Positions 48,577 through 57,190 of a DNA stretch of 64,000 bases are shown in pieces. The translations under genes were made by a program, and so were the position numbers. The stretch spans positions 1 through 64,000 of IMG/VR virus record IMGVR_UViG_3300017613_001944; one strand, 5' to 3'. Source of the stretch: a virus. How positions within the stretch are numbered: position 1 is the first letter of the stretch; each line of letters opens with the position of its first letter. The notes below the pieces were generated by a model. It ran no database searches. It saw only the letters and a list, made by a program, of their open reading frames with translations, and was not told the DNA's origin.

Positions 48577-48960
48577 ATGGAAAATATTGAAGTAATAAAA
48601 GAGTTAACACCGCATTTAACAGATATGTTAAATCGTTCAAATGATGGCGTTATAGAGTATAGTGTTGAGTGTGGAACCGTGATAGGCTTTGGCCTATTTC
48701 ACAATGATGTTGTTGCTGTGCAGAGGGCATTTGCATCTTTCGGTTCACTTTTCTCCCGTCACGAGCACGCCGAGCACGAGATTCTGATTGTTATCTCGGG
48801 TCACATGGTGGTTATTTATGACGATGAGACTAAGGTATCACTCAATTCTGGAGAGTCAGTCAATATACCTCCAAACACACCTCATAGGGTGGATGTTCTG
48901 GATGACACCTGGATGATAGGTGTTACGGTGCCAGCGTCGGAGGGATACCCGGATGCCTAG
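48577..48960 (+). CDS. Cupin-domain protein
   Basis: HEHAEHE.LIVISG and GESVNIPPNTPHRV. Confidence 0.85.
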   Translation: MENIEVIKELTPHLTDMLNRSNDGVIEYSVECGTVIGFGLFHNDVVAVQRAFASFGSLFSRHEHAEHEILIVISGHMVVIYDDETKVSLNSGESVNIPPNTPHRVDVLDDTWMIGVTVPASEGYPDA

Positions 48961-49270
48961 TGGATTGAAACCAGATACAGGCAGTCTCCAAGCAGAGTGG
49001 ATGAGGCGTGTCTCTAGCGAGTTGGCAGAGATGAACGTCAATAGCAAGAATGAGGCGGAGAAACTCCACGAGCTCGACAAAGACATCATTCGCCTCCAGG
49101 TTAAAACAGGCACCCTAAATGAGACTGTCAGTAAAATCACTGTACTCGAGGAGAGAATTGCCGCACTGGAAAGTGGGCAAGCCGCTCTCAACGTCAAAGC
49201 TGGTGTGTTCGGGGGCCTAGCAGGCTTGATATCGGTTGCTATAGCGTTGGCTGCTGGGTTGTTAAAGTAA
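48953..49270 (+). CDS. Coiled-coil protein with C-terminal TM helix (lysis-associated, XhlA-like)
   Basis: Heptad region then GVFGGLAGLISVAIALAAGLL. Confidence 0.55.
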   Translation: MPSGLKPDTGSLQAEWMRRVSSELAEMNVNSKNEAEKLHELDKDIIRLQVKTGTLNETVSKITVLEERIAALESGQAALNVKAGVFGGLAGLISVAIALAAGLLK

Positions 49271-49289
49271 CTCTCAAAGGAAAACACTA

Positions 49290-50135
49290 TTGACTGTCAT
49301 ACTTGCTGTAAATGCGGATAAGCACAGTGGATCAAGGCTGGGCTTATGTCCTCCGTACTTTGAGTTCACTGATGGGGGGATGTATAGGGCCAACAAGGGA
49401 CAATTGTGGGCCTGGGAGAGGTGGCTAGGCTACTGGGATTACGTGGCTGCTCTCAAAGAATCTCTGCTGGCAGTTGATCCAAGTACAGAGGTGTGGTCTA
49501 TTGACAATGGTGATGCTCAGGAGAGGGGAAAGCATGCCTCTCATCAGTATATCACCTCAAATAAGACAGATGTTGAGCGGTTGGCTGTGAGGGTAAATGA
49601 GCCAACCGCTCCTGTTGTGGATAAGTACTGGTTTTCCCGTGGAACAGGCGCTCACGATGGTAAGAGTGGCTGGATGGCGGAGTGGCTAGCCGAGGACTTG
49701 GGCGGAGAACGCCCCGACGATAAGGCTTGGTCGTGGTGGTACATCCCTATGGAGATAGAGGGGATACTGATAGACTTCTACCATCGCCCTCCGACCAGCG
49801 GAAGAATGCCCTGGACGGAGAATGCTGCTGCATCCAGGGCTTCAGCCATTATCAGGACACGCTGTGTAGAGATAGGAGATCCTGTGCCGGATCTGTGTGT
49901 CTTCAGCCACTTTCACTACTACGCTGACAGTGGTAGGGCCAAATATCCACGGGTTCTCTACACTCCTAGCTGGGCGCTGCCCTCTGACTGGATTCACGAT
50001 ATTGGAAAGGGCGTTTACCCACCAAGAATTGGTGGGCTTATTTTTGTTATCACGGAAGGAACATACAAGCTAGATGATAGCCAGTTGTTCCGACCCAAGA
50101 GGACACCAAGATGGAGTTTACAGAGCAGGAACTAG
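49290..50135 (+). CDS. Calcineurin-like metallophosphoesterase
   Basis: ADKHSG, NGDAQE, GTGAHD, YH, SHFH. Confidence 0.8.
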   Translation: MTVILAVNADKHSGSRLGLCPPYFEFTDGGMYRANKGQLWAWERWLGYWDYVAALKESLLAVDPSTEVWSIDNGDAQERGKHASHQYITSNKTDVERLAVRVNEPTAPVVDKYWFSRGTGAHDGKSGWMAEWLAEDLGGERPDDKAWSWWYIPMEIEGILIDFYHRPPTSGRMPWTENAAASRASAIIRTRCVEIGDPVPDLCVFSHFHYYADSGRAKYPRVLYTPSWALPSDWIHDIGKGVYPPRIGGLIFVITEGTYKLDDSQLFRPKRTPRWSLQSRN

Positions 50136-50365
50136 CTGATCTGGTAGCCGCCATAAAGGAGGAGTACCCCGAAGGATTTACATCTCGGGAGTACTGCACT
50201 GCTCGTGGGTGGGATTACGACATTAGCTACCGTGCCGCTAAAGCAAGAACAGAGCTACGAAAGCTCTGTTCTAAGGGAAAGATAGAAGCGGTGCATGTTA
50301 CTCGTGAGGATATTCATGGGCGAGAGTATCCAGCCCTTGGTTTTCGGATTCTAGGTCCTTTCTAA
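50111..50365 (+). CDS. Small hypothetical protein (winged-helix-like)
   Basis: GFTSREY...ARTELRKL..KGKI; GAGG RBS. Confidence 0.55.
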   Translation: MEFTEQELADLVAAIKEEYPEGFTSREYCTARGWDYDISYRAAKARTELRKLCSKGKIEAVHVTREDIHGREYPALGFRILGPF

Positions 50366-51338
50366 TCAGGTTTATCTTTTCGGGGTGTTCCTCTATATGA
50401 TTCATCACACCCCCCTCACTCTCCCATCCCTTTAAATGGAAACCAATCTCTTCGTCGGGACGCCAATCGTACCACGCCCCCCTCTGCTCTATGACTGTGC
50501 CCTTGGCGGTTTCCATCACGTCAAAGTTTACGTCTAGTCCCCTGTCAAACTTGATTCTATAATTGGCCTGTAGGTATGGGGGTCCTGCTTGGTTCTTCTG
50601 GAAGTAGGCTCTGGCGTCAATGCCAATGGTGTTTTTGCCCCTCTTTACTCTACCCACCTGCTGTAGTTTCATTATCATGATGTTATCCTGCATGACGACC
50701 CTTCCGCCGGGGATGGTCTCGGGGTTGGCTCCAGGCATCGACGCAAACTTATAGCGCATCTGATTGGTCATTAGGAACACGCAGTTACTAGCTCCCAGTA
50801 TGGACTTCAGCGCCTTCATGTTGGGGCTCAGGAGCTTGGAAAGGTGGGCAGGAAAGTTGTCACCGGCTGAGTTAGCATCAAGCACATTGGCGGGGACCAG
50901 GTGATAGATGCTATCCAGTATCACTGCATCCACTACGGGGACCATTCCCCTGATGACATCCAGGGCCTGGGGGCCTGTCTCTGGTTGAGCGATATAAAGC
51001 TCATCGGGGTTCACATCGTACTGAGAGATGCAGGTACGTATCCAGTCCTCTGATCCCTTCTTCTCCATATCCACAAATAGGGGTGTCCCTCCGCCACGGA
51101 TAACACTGGCGGCGAAGCATTGGGCCAGTGTGGTCTTACCGCCATTCTCTTTGCCCCAGTACATGACTGAATGTTTTCGCGGAAACCCCCCTATTCCCGT
51201 CGCCTGGTCAATAGCCATACATCCCGATGAGATCACATCGAACTTCATGGGCTTGTCTTTTAGCTTGAGGATAATGTCACCCCCAAACTTTTTACGGAGT
51301 GTCTTTAGCTGGGCCTTTACCTTGCTTTGATCCGCCAT
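50298..51338 (-). CDS. recA: RecA/UvsX-family recombinase
   Basis: SSG...ID...GIGGFPR, GKENGGKTT, ILDSI, TNQMR, ETIPGG, GAWY. Confidence 0.92.
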   Translation of the reverse strand: MADQSKVKAQLKTLRKKFGGDIILKLKDKPMKFDVISSGCMAIDQATGIGGFPRKHSVMYWGKENGGKTTLAQCFAASVIRGGGTPLFVDMEKKGSEDWIRTCISQYDVNPDELYIAQPETGPQALDVIRGMVPVVDAVILDSIYHLVPANVLDANSAGDNFPAHLSKLLSPNMKALKSILGASNCVFLMTNQMRYKFASMPGANPETIPGGRVVMQDNIMIMKLQQVGRVKRGKNTIGIDARAYFQKNQAGPPYLQANYRIKFDRGLDVNFDVMETAKGTVIEQRGAWYDWRPDEEIGFHLKGWESEGGVMNHIEEHPEKINLIRKDLESENQGLDTLAHEYPHE

Positions 51339-52089
51339 CTTCTTCCTTTCCGCATACCAGATCAGCGATTGTGCTGTCAGGCCATCCCGTGTCTGAGGTG
51401 ATGTCGATTAACATTGACTCTGGGTCCCCCAGACTTTTCAATAGGTTGTGTCTATCCTTCGCCAGATAGCGTATGTTCCCTCTGGTTAGAGGTTGCTTTA
51501 CTACATAGCGCTTTGCCTTTTCCTCCGCAATGACGTGTAGAGTGAGAGAGAACCATCCTGGTAGCTCATCCCTTAAAGCACCCTTCACTGCCAGCATAGC
51601 ATCCTTCACTCTGGCGTCATCGTCTCCCCTCACCTTTACGTGCCCCACCACGACTACTGTGATAGGCAGTCCCGACCACTCGAGAACGATAGGGTACATG
51701 GTGTTTAGCAGCGTACCCCAGTCTCGCATCTGCATGGTGGTCTTGGTGCCCAGGATCTTAGTCTCGGCGGCACGCTGTATTTGATCTATGGGGTCAATAA
51801 CCAGTGTTCTCACAGGTCCAGTCTCTAGCTGGTAGGCCCCATTCTCAAACTTGCTGCTCTTGAGCCTCTTGATAGCAGCGATGGTGTCCTGGACGGTGTT
51901 GGACGATAGTGGTAACACGATTCGCGGGGTTGGTACTGGTCTGGCAGTGGTAGCGCCGTCACTCTCAATGTCGATGAACAGTGGATCGGGGAATGTACCG
52001 GCAAGACGCGTCTTGCCTGTACCCGGTTCTCCTAAGATGAGCACTCTCGCAGGGTCTCGCTCTCCCGATTCAGTTAATACGATCTTCAT
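51292..52089 (-). CDS. AAA-family ATPase (Sak4/AAA_24-like)
   Basis: GEPGTGKT, LFIDIE, TLVIDPI, DWG, VVGH, AKDR. Confidence 0.8.
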   Translation of the reverse strand: MKIVLTESGERDPARVLILGEPGTGKTRLAGTFPDPLFIDIESDGATTARPVPTPRIVLPLSSNTVQDTIAAIKRLKSSKFENGAYQLETGPVRTLVIDPIDQIQRAAETKILGTKTTMQMRDWGTLLNTMYPIVLEWSGLPITVVVVGHVKVRGDDDARVKDAMLAVKGALRDELPGWFSLTLHVIAEEKAKRYVVKQPLTRGNIRYLAKDRHNLLKSLGDPESMLIDITSDTGWPDSTIADLVCGKEEDGGSKQGKGPAKDTP

Positions 52090-52092
52090 TTA

Positions 52093-52139
52093 ACACCTCC
52101 CATACTTTTGTACAGTATAGCATGGGGTATGGGAGGTGT
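52093..52139. repeat. Perfect 13-bp inverted repeat covering RBS and promoter
   Basis: ACACCTCCCATAC (52093-52105) / GTATGGGAGGTGT (52127-52139). Confidence 0.9.
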
Positions 52140-52142
52140 CAA
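52114..52142 (-). promoter_or_regulatory. Near-consensus sigma70 promoter for AAA-recA
   Basis: Minus strand TTGACA-17 bp-TATACT with extended -10 TG. Confidence 0.8.
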
Positions 52143-52144
52143 GT

Positions 52145-52324
52145 TTATGTTCCAAACACTGCCATGATTATGATGAACACCAACAGTGCAGCAACCGCCG
52201 ATCCCACCATGGCCTTGAGAAAGTCTCCCTTGGCAAGGTAGTACGGCGCTCCCCTGGGGTATTCGTCACGCCAGCAGTCCCCAGCATAATCATAATCTAC
52301 ATCATCGTAACCATTGTCACTCAT
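52145..52324 (-). CDS. 59-aa membrane protein (acidic N-terminus, C-terminal TM)
   Basis: MSDNGYDD...AVAALLVFIIIMAVFGT; ATGA coupling; not in track. Confidence 0.55.
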   Translation of the reverse strand: MSDNGYDDVDYDYAGDCWRDEYPRGAPYYLAKGDFLKAMVGSAVAALLVFIIIMAVFGT

Positions 52325-52521
52325 TTTGCCTCCTCCATTGCAGTATTCAGCTTTGCTTGTAGCTCTCGTGCTTCTCCGAATGCTTGTTGCATTATCTCTA
52401 GTGTGTATTCAGACTGGATGTCGAGCTCTTGCTTGGCCCCGTACATCTCACGAAACCATCTTGCCCAGAACAAAAGATACAAGCCAATCACGACAAGCGA
52501 AAACACTACCTTCAGCACCAT
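52321..52521 (-). CDS. Small membrane-anchored protein
   Basis: N-terminal TM then helical tail. Confidence 0.6.
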   Translation of the reverse strand: MVLKVVFSLVVIGLYLLFWARWFREMYGAKQELDIQSEYTLEIMQQAFGEARELQAKLNTAMEEAK

Positions 52522-52522
52522 T

Positions 52523-53179
52523 TCACAATCCCATCAGGTACTCTAGCCAGTACCCTTCATCTAGTAAGAACCTCACTCTACCTGTGTCTATCCCTGCCCA
52601 TGTCTTGGGGACAGAGCCTTTTGCCCACTTGGGCCTACTCCCCTGCCAGCGGGTCACGATCAATGCACGGATGTCTCTAGCTCGAGATGTCCCTGGTTGA
52701 TCTATCCACTCTTCATCAGGCGGGAGGGTAGCGCCATGCAGGTGTGCACCCAGTTCAAGATATTTGAATGAAGTACTCATGCGTGTATGCTTTGGATCGA
52801 GTAACAACCCTTTTGGTACATGTAGCATCATCTCTTCCCAAAGACTCTTGTACCACCTACCAACTCTGCTGGCAGTTATTCTTTGGGCGACCATGAATAA
52901 ACACTTCTGTTTCGTCCCCCTGGTTTGTCCTTCTTGCATGTGGCAAGTCGCACATACAGGGCAGCAGTTTTCTGGAACGAAGATGAGATGCTGTTTTCCC
53001 TTCGGGACTGCACTCCTCTTGACAAGGTATTCGTGGAGGTGCCACTCCCCGGCGCGAACGCCACAGATGGGACAGTCAACACCTGACCCCTTTCCAGTAT
53101 CCCACCTGCTATAGAGGTGTTGTACCTCTTGCTTTAATGCGTTTCTTCTATCGGCAACATCCATATCGTTCTTCCACAC
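52523..53179 (-). CDS. HNH-like zinc-binding nuclease domain protein
   Basis: CPICG...HLHE...ENCCPVCATCH; start uncertain. Confidence 0.55.
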   Translation of the reverse strand: MWKNDMDVADRRNALKQEVQHLYSRWDTGKGSGVDCPICGVRAGEWHLHEYLVKRSAVPKGKQHLIFVPENCCPVCATCHMQEGQTRGTKQKCLFMVAQRITASRVGRWYKSLWEEMMLHVPKGLLLDPKHTRMSTSFKYLELGAHLHGATLPPDEEWIDQPGTSRARDIRALIVTRWQGSRPKWAKGSVPKTWAGIDTGRVRFLLDEGYWLEYLMGL

Positions 53180-53337
53180 TCTGGGCAGAGATCAACTGCT
53201 AGAAAACCAAGCAAGTTAATCCCCACTCCAGAGTTCCTATCTCCACAGGTACAGAATCCATAGAATAGCTGTAGGTTGAGATCCTGTGCTTCTTCCTTCG
53301 CCGTTGCGAGTGCCTCATCAAAGACACTCTTCGGCAT
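53134..53337 (-). CDS. Small Zn-ribbon hypothetical protein
   Basis: CTCG...CPECG; TAATG coupling. Confidence 0.5.
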   Translation of the reverse strand: MPKSVFDEALATAKEEAQDLNLQLFYGFCTCGDRNSGVGINLLGFLAVDLCPECGRTIWMLPIEETH

Positions 53338-53675
53338 TACAGGTAACTCAACTGGGTCCCGAACGTCTCTGTCAGCCAAGATTCAAGCTCCTTTCCATTT
53401 TCCTTCGCCCACTTCTCAAGATAGTGTAGCTCGGAATCGGTGAGTTGATTGTAGCTCTGGAGGCTCTCTTTATTTAGAGCGTCCTTTGCTAGCTTGATCC
53501 TAGCATACCGGAATCCGCCGCCAAATTCAAGGGGTGGGGAGAGTCTAGCCGCAGCCCTCTCTAAGGCATCGTCTATGCTGCCCACACGCCAGCCTCTCCC
53601 TCCCTTGGTGAGTTCGTAACCTAACTCCTTCTTGGCGTCTCTACGAATCAGTCTTGCTCTTTGATCGAGCTCCAT
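53337..53675 (-). CDS. Hypothetical protein
   Basis: Coupled ORF. Confidence 0.6.
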   Translation of the reverse strand: MELDQRARLIRRDAKKELGYELTKGGRGWRVGSIDDALERAAARLSPPLEFGGGFRYARIKLAKDALNKESLQSYNQLTDSELHYLEKWAKENGKELESWLTETFGTQLSYL

Positions 53676-53964
53676 CCTTCTCCTTTGCTGGCGGGTAGCG
53701 CCACGTCTCTATAGCACCTCCGCAACTTGGGCAATCGTGCCCTTCCTCCAGCCCACCACGCCCAACCGTGCTATTCATCATGCCCATGCACCATGGGCAG
53801 ATGGGAGGGGACAGTAGCTTGATTACGTCTTGGTCTAGCATAACCTCTACTGCTGGTATCCCCTCGGGGAGTAGCTGCCTACCCTCTATCGCTCTGATGG
53901 TGATCCCTGCATTCTGTATCGCTTCATAGTCTTCCAGGCTCATACGAAATTCTATTATCTGCAT
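53641..53964 (-). CDS. Hypothetical Zn-finger protein
   Basis: CPWC...CPSC; AGGAG RBS. Confidence 0.6.
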   Translation of the reverse strand: MQIIEFRMSLEDYEAIQNAGITIRAIEGRQLLPEGIPAVEVMLDQDVIKLLSPPICPWCMGMMNSTVGRGGLEEGHDCPSCGGAIETWRYPPAKEKDGARSKSKTDS

Positions 53965-53973
53965 ATCATTCTC

Positions 53974-54789
53974 CTAGTAATCTTCTCCTTCTATGAATGG
54001 ACCTTCGCCCAGTTGAGGCCAGCATTTATGGAACCATTGGCAAGCAACTGCCTTTCCCTTCAGGGCCTTCACGTTCTTTGTGCAAGCAAAGTTTTCTGTA
54101 AATGGGCTATCGTATGTGGGCGGCAGCTCTGTCTCCCCCCAATGCTCTTCGTAGAGGGACATCTCTGCTGGCAGTGTTGTGTCCAGTGACCCTGATCTTA
54201 TCCTTCGGTTAACCTGCCCCTCATACCCGATACCGTCATCAGTCTCGAACACTTCAAACTGGGCGAAGTTGTTCCAGCAGCGATAGTATAGGACCACCGG
54301 CAGCATCCCGCCATGGGTCTCGTAGTACAGCTTCTGGTAGGCCAGCGCAGATAGAACGTGGTGCTTGTAGGGTAATCTCTTGGCGTGGAAATTCCAGGGG
54401 GCAGTACCCTTGTGCTCGATGATGACACCACTGGGGAAGTCTTCGCAGGTCTCGACCACGAAGTCAATTCTCCCCGACCAGATGTCATTCCTCACACTTA
54501 CCTGCTCGTGCAGATTGTCTTTGAAGATCCAGCGGAAGGTCTCTTGACTGTTGAGCTCGAGCTCGGTGCCCATACGCATCACCTCGATGACGTAATCATC
54601 GAACGGATTGGTCACCTTGTTACCCGTCCTTACCCTGAAAGCGTCCAGGTATGCCTTCCTCACGCACATCCCTAGACTGGATACGAATAGCCGGGGGTCA
54701 GTGCCGTCGTGCTCAATCTCCCATGCCTCGTCCCTCAGTCTTGACGCATCCTTGTACTCCTTTACCATCAAGTCATGTAATTGAATCAT
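53974..54789 (-). CDS. PD-(D/E)XK exonuclease, Cas4/AddB-like
   Basis: SSLGMC.RK, GRIDFV, IEHKG, C-terminal C...CQWFHKCW. Confidence 0.75.
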   Translation of the reverse strand: MIQLHDLMVKEYKDASRLRDEAWEIEHDGTDPRLFVSSLGMCVRKAYLDAFRVRTGNKVTNPFDDYVIEVMRMGTELELNSQETFRWIFKDNLHEQVSVRNDIWSGRIDFVVETCEDFPSGVIIEHKGTAPWNFHAKRLPYKHHVLSALAYQKLYYETHGGMLPVVLYYRCWNNFAQFEVFETDDGIGYEGQVNRRIRSGSLDTTLPAEMSLYEEHWGETELPPTYDSPFTENFACTKNVKALKGKAVACQWFHKCWPQLGEGPFIEGEDY

Positions 54790-55035
54790 TTACTCCTCCA
54801 TCTTGTTTAGCAGATATACTCCGTATGTGTCTCGTGGAACCCAGATACCCTCCTCAACCTCCACGAAGCACCCGTTGATGAGCCTGAACTTGACATTAAG
54901 ATCAATATCGCCCTCCAGAGCCCTGCATGCAACGTAGTTTCCCGTCTTCTCAATTGTTATCCCCAGTGCGATCAGTGCTACTAAGAAGAGAGCCACTATT
55001 AGCACTGCACATGTTACAGAGTACGACTCACTCAT
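54790..55035 (-). CDS. Small membrane-anchored protein
   Basis: GGAGG RBS, N-terminal TM. Confidence 0.6.
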   Translation of the reverse strand: MSESYSVTCAVLIVALFLVALIALGITIEKTGNYVACRALEGDIDLNVKFRLINGCFVEVEEGIWVPRDTYGVYLLNKMEE

Positions 55036-55127
55036 CTTCCCTCCTTTAGCCAGTATATCATCAGCAGGACAATTAGTATAATGTCCAGCCCACACAGAAA
55101 CATCGCCATAACTCTATCTCTTTTCAT
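55032..55127 (-). CDS. 31-aa single-TM peptide
   Basis: MKRDRVMAMFLCGLDIILIVLLMIYWLKEGR; ATGA overlaps both ends. Confidence 0.5.
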   Translation of the reverse strand: MKRDRVMAMFLCGLDIILIVLLMIYWLKEGR

Positions 55128-55216
55128 GGTGGAGGAAACAGTATCAGCAGACTAATCACAATAATAGTCAAAAGCAATGCTGCGACGATGTACTTTTCCA
55201 TTGTTTTATTCATCAT
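55124..55216 (-). CDS. 30-aa single-TM peptide
   Basis: MMNKTMEKYIVAALLLTIIVISLLILFPPP; AAGGAGG RBS. Confidence 0.55.
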   Translation of the reverse strand: MMNKTMEKYIVAALLLTIIVISLLILFPPP

Positions 55217-55222
55217 TCCTCC

Positions 55223-55381
55223 TTATACCAGACTAGCTCTTATCGCCCATAGGATTACGAATGCAACTAACCCAACACCTATAGACAGATCCAGTGGTAC
55301 CCCGAGATTGTATGCAATTGCCCCTGCCAAAAGTGCCCCTGCTCCCATGCCAATAGCATCTTCTACAAACTCACGTAGCAT
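55223..55381 (-). CDS. 52-aa two-TM peptide
   Basis: MLREFVEDAIGMGAGALL...WAIRASLV; AGGAGG RBS. Confidence 0.55.
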   Translation of the reverse strand: MLREFVEDAIGMGAGALLAGAIAYNLGVPLDLSIGVGLVAFVILWAIRASLV

Positions 55382-56168
55382 CTGGTAATCCCTCCTGACT
55401 GAGTGCCTCCCCGTCTGTTGTCACAATCTCTACTAGTGGACTTGCCTTCCTGAACTCGAAATCTCTTGTGTCCAGCGAAGAGGTTTCTATGATCCCTCCA
55501 GTAGCCTTCTGCCACTTCTTGTATACTCTGGAGTTGGTTGGCCCATGGTGTGGCGTACTTAGCCCATATTGACAGCTCATTTGCGGCATAATCATCACGC
55601 CTCCGCGTTCTGCAATACGGATGGAGATCTCTGCCACCATCAGGTCTGCCTTGCCTTGATATGACAGCCAGTCTGTAAGATCCTTGTTAATCCCTGGCGG
55701 ATTGCCAAATGGTGGATTACTCACTGCAACATCGAATGGTCCATAGGCTTGCTTTAAATGCTGAAGCAGCGGGAGATCAAACACGTCTCCTTCCACCCAC
55801 ATTACGTCTGGGAACAGTCGCTTGCCCACCTTTACAAACTCTGGGTTGATCTCAATGGCTGCTACTTCATCGTAGTCCTTTCTCCAGGGATCTGAATGGT
55901 ACAGCCCATAGATCAGAGATCCTATCCCCGCGCAGAGATCAATCACCCTGGCGACATCATGGTTGATCTCGAGTTGCATCATTGCCAGACTCATCTCTAC
56001 CGGCGTGAAGAATGATGCACCTATTGTTTGAATGTTCTTGGCGTCGGGATACCAATGGCGGAGGACAAACTCAATCTCCTCATCCTTCAATATCCTACCA
56101 TTGGTATCCCACAGGATAGCCTCAGCCTCCTGAAATAGCTTGGCCTCCTGTTTAGTCAGCTTTGCCAT
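55371..56168 (-). CDS. Amino (N6-adenine) DNA methyltransferase
   Basis: FFTP, VIDLCAGIG, IEIN, SNPPFG. Confidence 0.85.
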   Translation of the reverse strand: MAKLTKQEAKLFQEAEAILWDTNGRILKDEEIEFVLRHWYPDAKNIQTIGASFFTPVEMSLAMMQLEINHDVARVIDLCAGIGSLIYGLYHSDPWRKDYDEVAAIEINPEFVKVGKRLFPDVMWVEGDVFDLPLLQHLKQAYGPFDVAVSNPPFGNPPGINKDLTDWLSYQGKADLMVAEISIRIAERGGVMIMPQMSCQYGLSTPHHGPTNSRVYKKWQKATGGIIETSSLDTRDFEFRKASPLVEIVTTDGEALSQEGLPDAT

Positions 56169-57190
56169 TACCGTTGTTGACTCCTCGTCACCAGTACTGC
56201 CCCTGCCATCAACTGCATATCAGCCGCCTCGGTGGGGTCATCCATCCTGTTGGCAGCGTGACTAATACCCTGCACCACACCAAACAGAGACTCGTGACCC
56301 TCACTGCCGATCAGAATCTCGTCACGGGTCTCAGTCGTGAAGCTGTATTCCTCTGCTAGACTGTCGATGTAATCAGCAAAGTCAGGAATCTCCTGCTCTT
56401 CAGCCCTTAATAGAAGATCCAATCCTTCGGCAGCGCCCTTCAGCACTTCAAAGATAGCCCCCATAAAGAGGCTACGAAGTACTGCCCTACTACCAGTGTG
56501 GTTGTGCTCCCAGCTAAACTCATCTTTGGGGATCACGATGGAGTTGGTGCAACTGTGCCTCTGGATCAGTGGATATGCGCCAATGCGCCGGTTACCGATC
56601 TCCCCGGTGGTGAAGTACCCACCAACAGCATAGCCTCCATCATTGACATCCTTGAACAGCACCCGCAGGTGCAAGATGTCTGGTGTGACAATGGGGTTAT
56701 GGATCACTGGTGTCAAGCCATTACCCTTGGAATCGAGAGCTTGCTTCACCCAGCCAAGTGTCTCCGTTACGTCAACGACGGAGAACCTATTGGACAGTAC
56801 AGCCCTACAGGTGCTGCCATCGTCATAACCCCTGACAAACCACTCCTTAGCCGTACCGTTCTGATTGTCGGGTAGTCTCTTGACCCAGTGGTTGAGTTGT
56901 CGTGCCCTCATGCTGGAGGGGCACTGAAGTAGATACTCTCCCGGCAGAGATTTATTCTCCCCAGGCCAACAAGCTACACCCAGCTTCTGACAAATCTGGT
57001 TCTTGAATGCCCAGTCAGTGGGTAGCATTCTGACTTCACTCTCGCCGCTCATGGTGCTCATCAAATCCGGCGGAAGCACTAGCTCTGCGGTGACATCATC
57101 AAACTGCACCATCTCTCTAGCTGGCACTGGTCCATAGTCCCTTTTCAACTCATCGAACTCGCAACTGGTGTTAATCAATTCATCTAACAT
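56168..57190 (-). CDS. DUF932-like phage protein
   Basis: RAVLSNRF..VD, GEIG, CTNS, H.G, SLFGVVQGIS; AGGAGG RBS before ATG 57190. Confidence 0.6.
   Translation of the reverse strand: MLDELINTSCEFDELKRDYGPVPAREMVQFDDVTAELVLPPDLMSTMSGESEVRMLPTDWAFKNQICQKLGVACWPGENKSLPGEYLLQCPSSMRARQLNHWVKRLPDNQNGTAKEWFVRGYDDGSTCRAVLSNRFSVVDVTETLGWVKQALDSKGNGLTPVIHNPIVTPDILHLRVLFKDVNDGGYAVGGYFTTGEIGNRRIGAYPLIQRHSCTNSIVIPKDEFSWEHNHTGSRAVLRSLFMGAIFEVLKGAAEGLDLLLRAEEQEIPDFADYIDSLAEEYSFTTETRDEILIGSEGHESLFGVVQGISHAANRMDDPTEAADMQLMAGAVLVTRSQQR

Noticed and set aside
53974-54789. Cas4-like gene as part of a CRISPR-Cas system
   Set aside because: No repeat-spacer array or other cas genes seen; stand-alone Cas4-like nucleases are common in phages
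55371-56168. Restriction-modification system
   Set aside because: No adjacent restriction endonuclease; best read as an orphan methyltransferase
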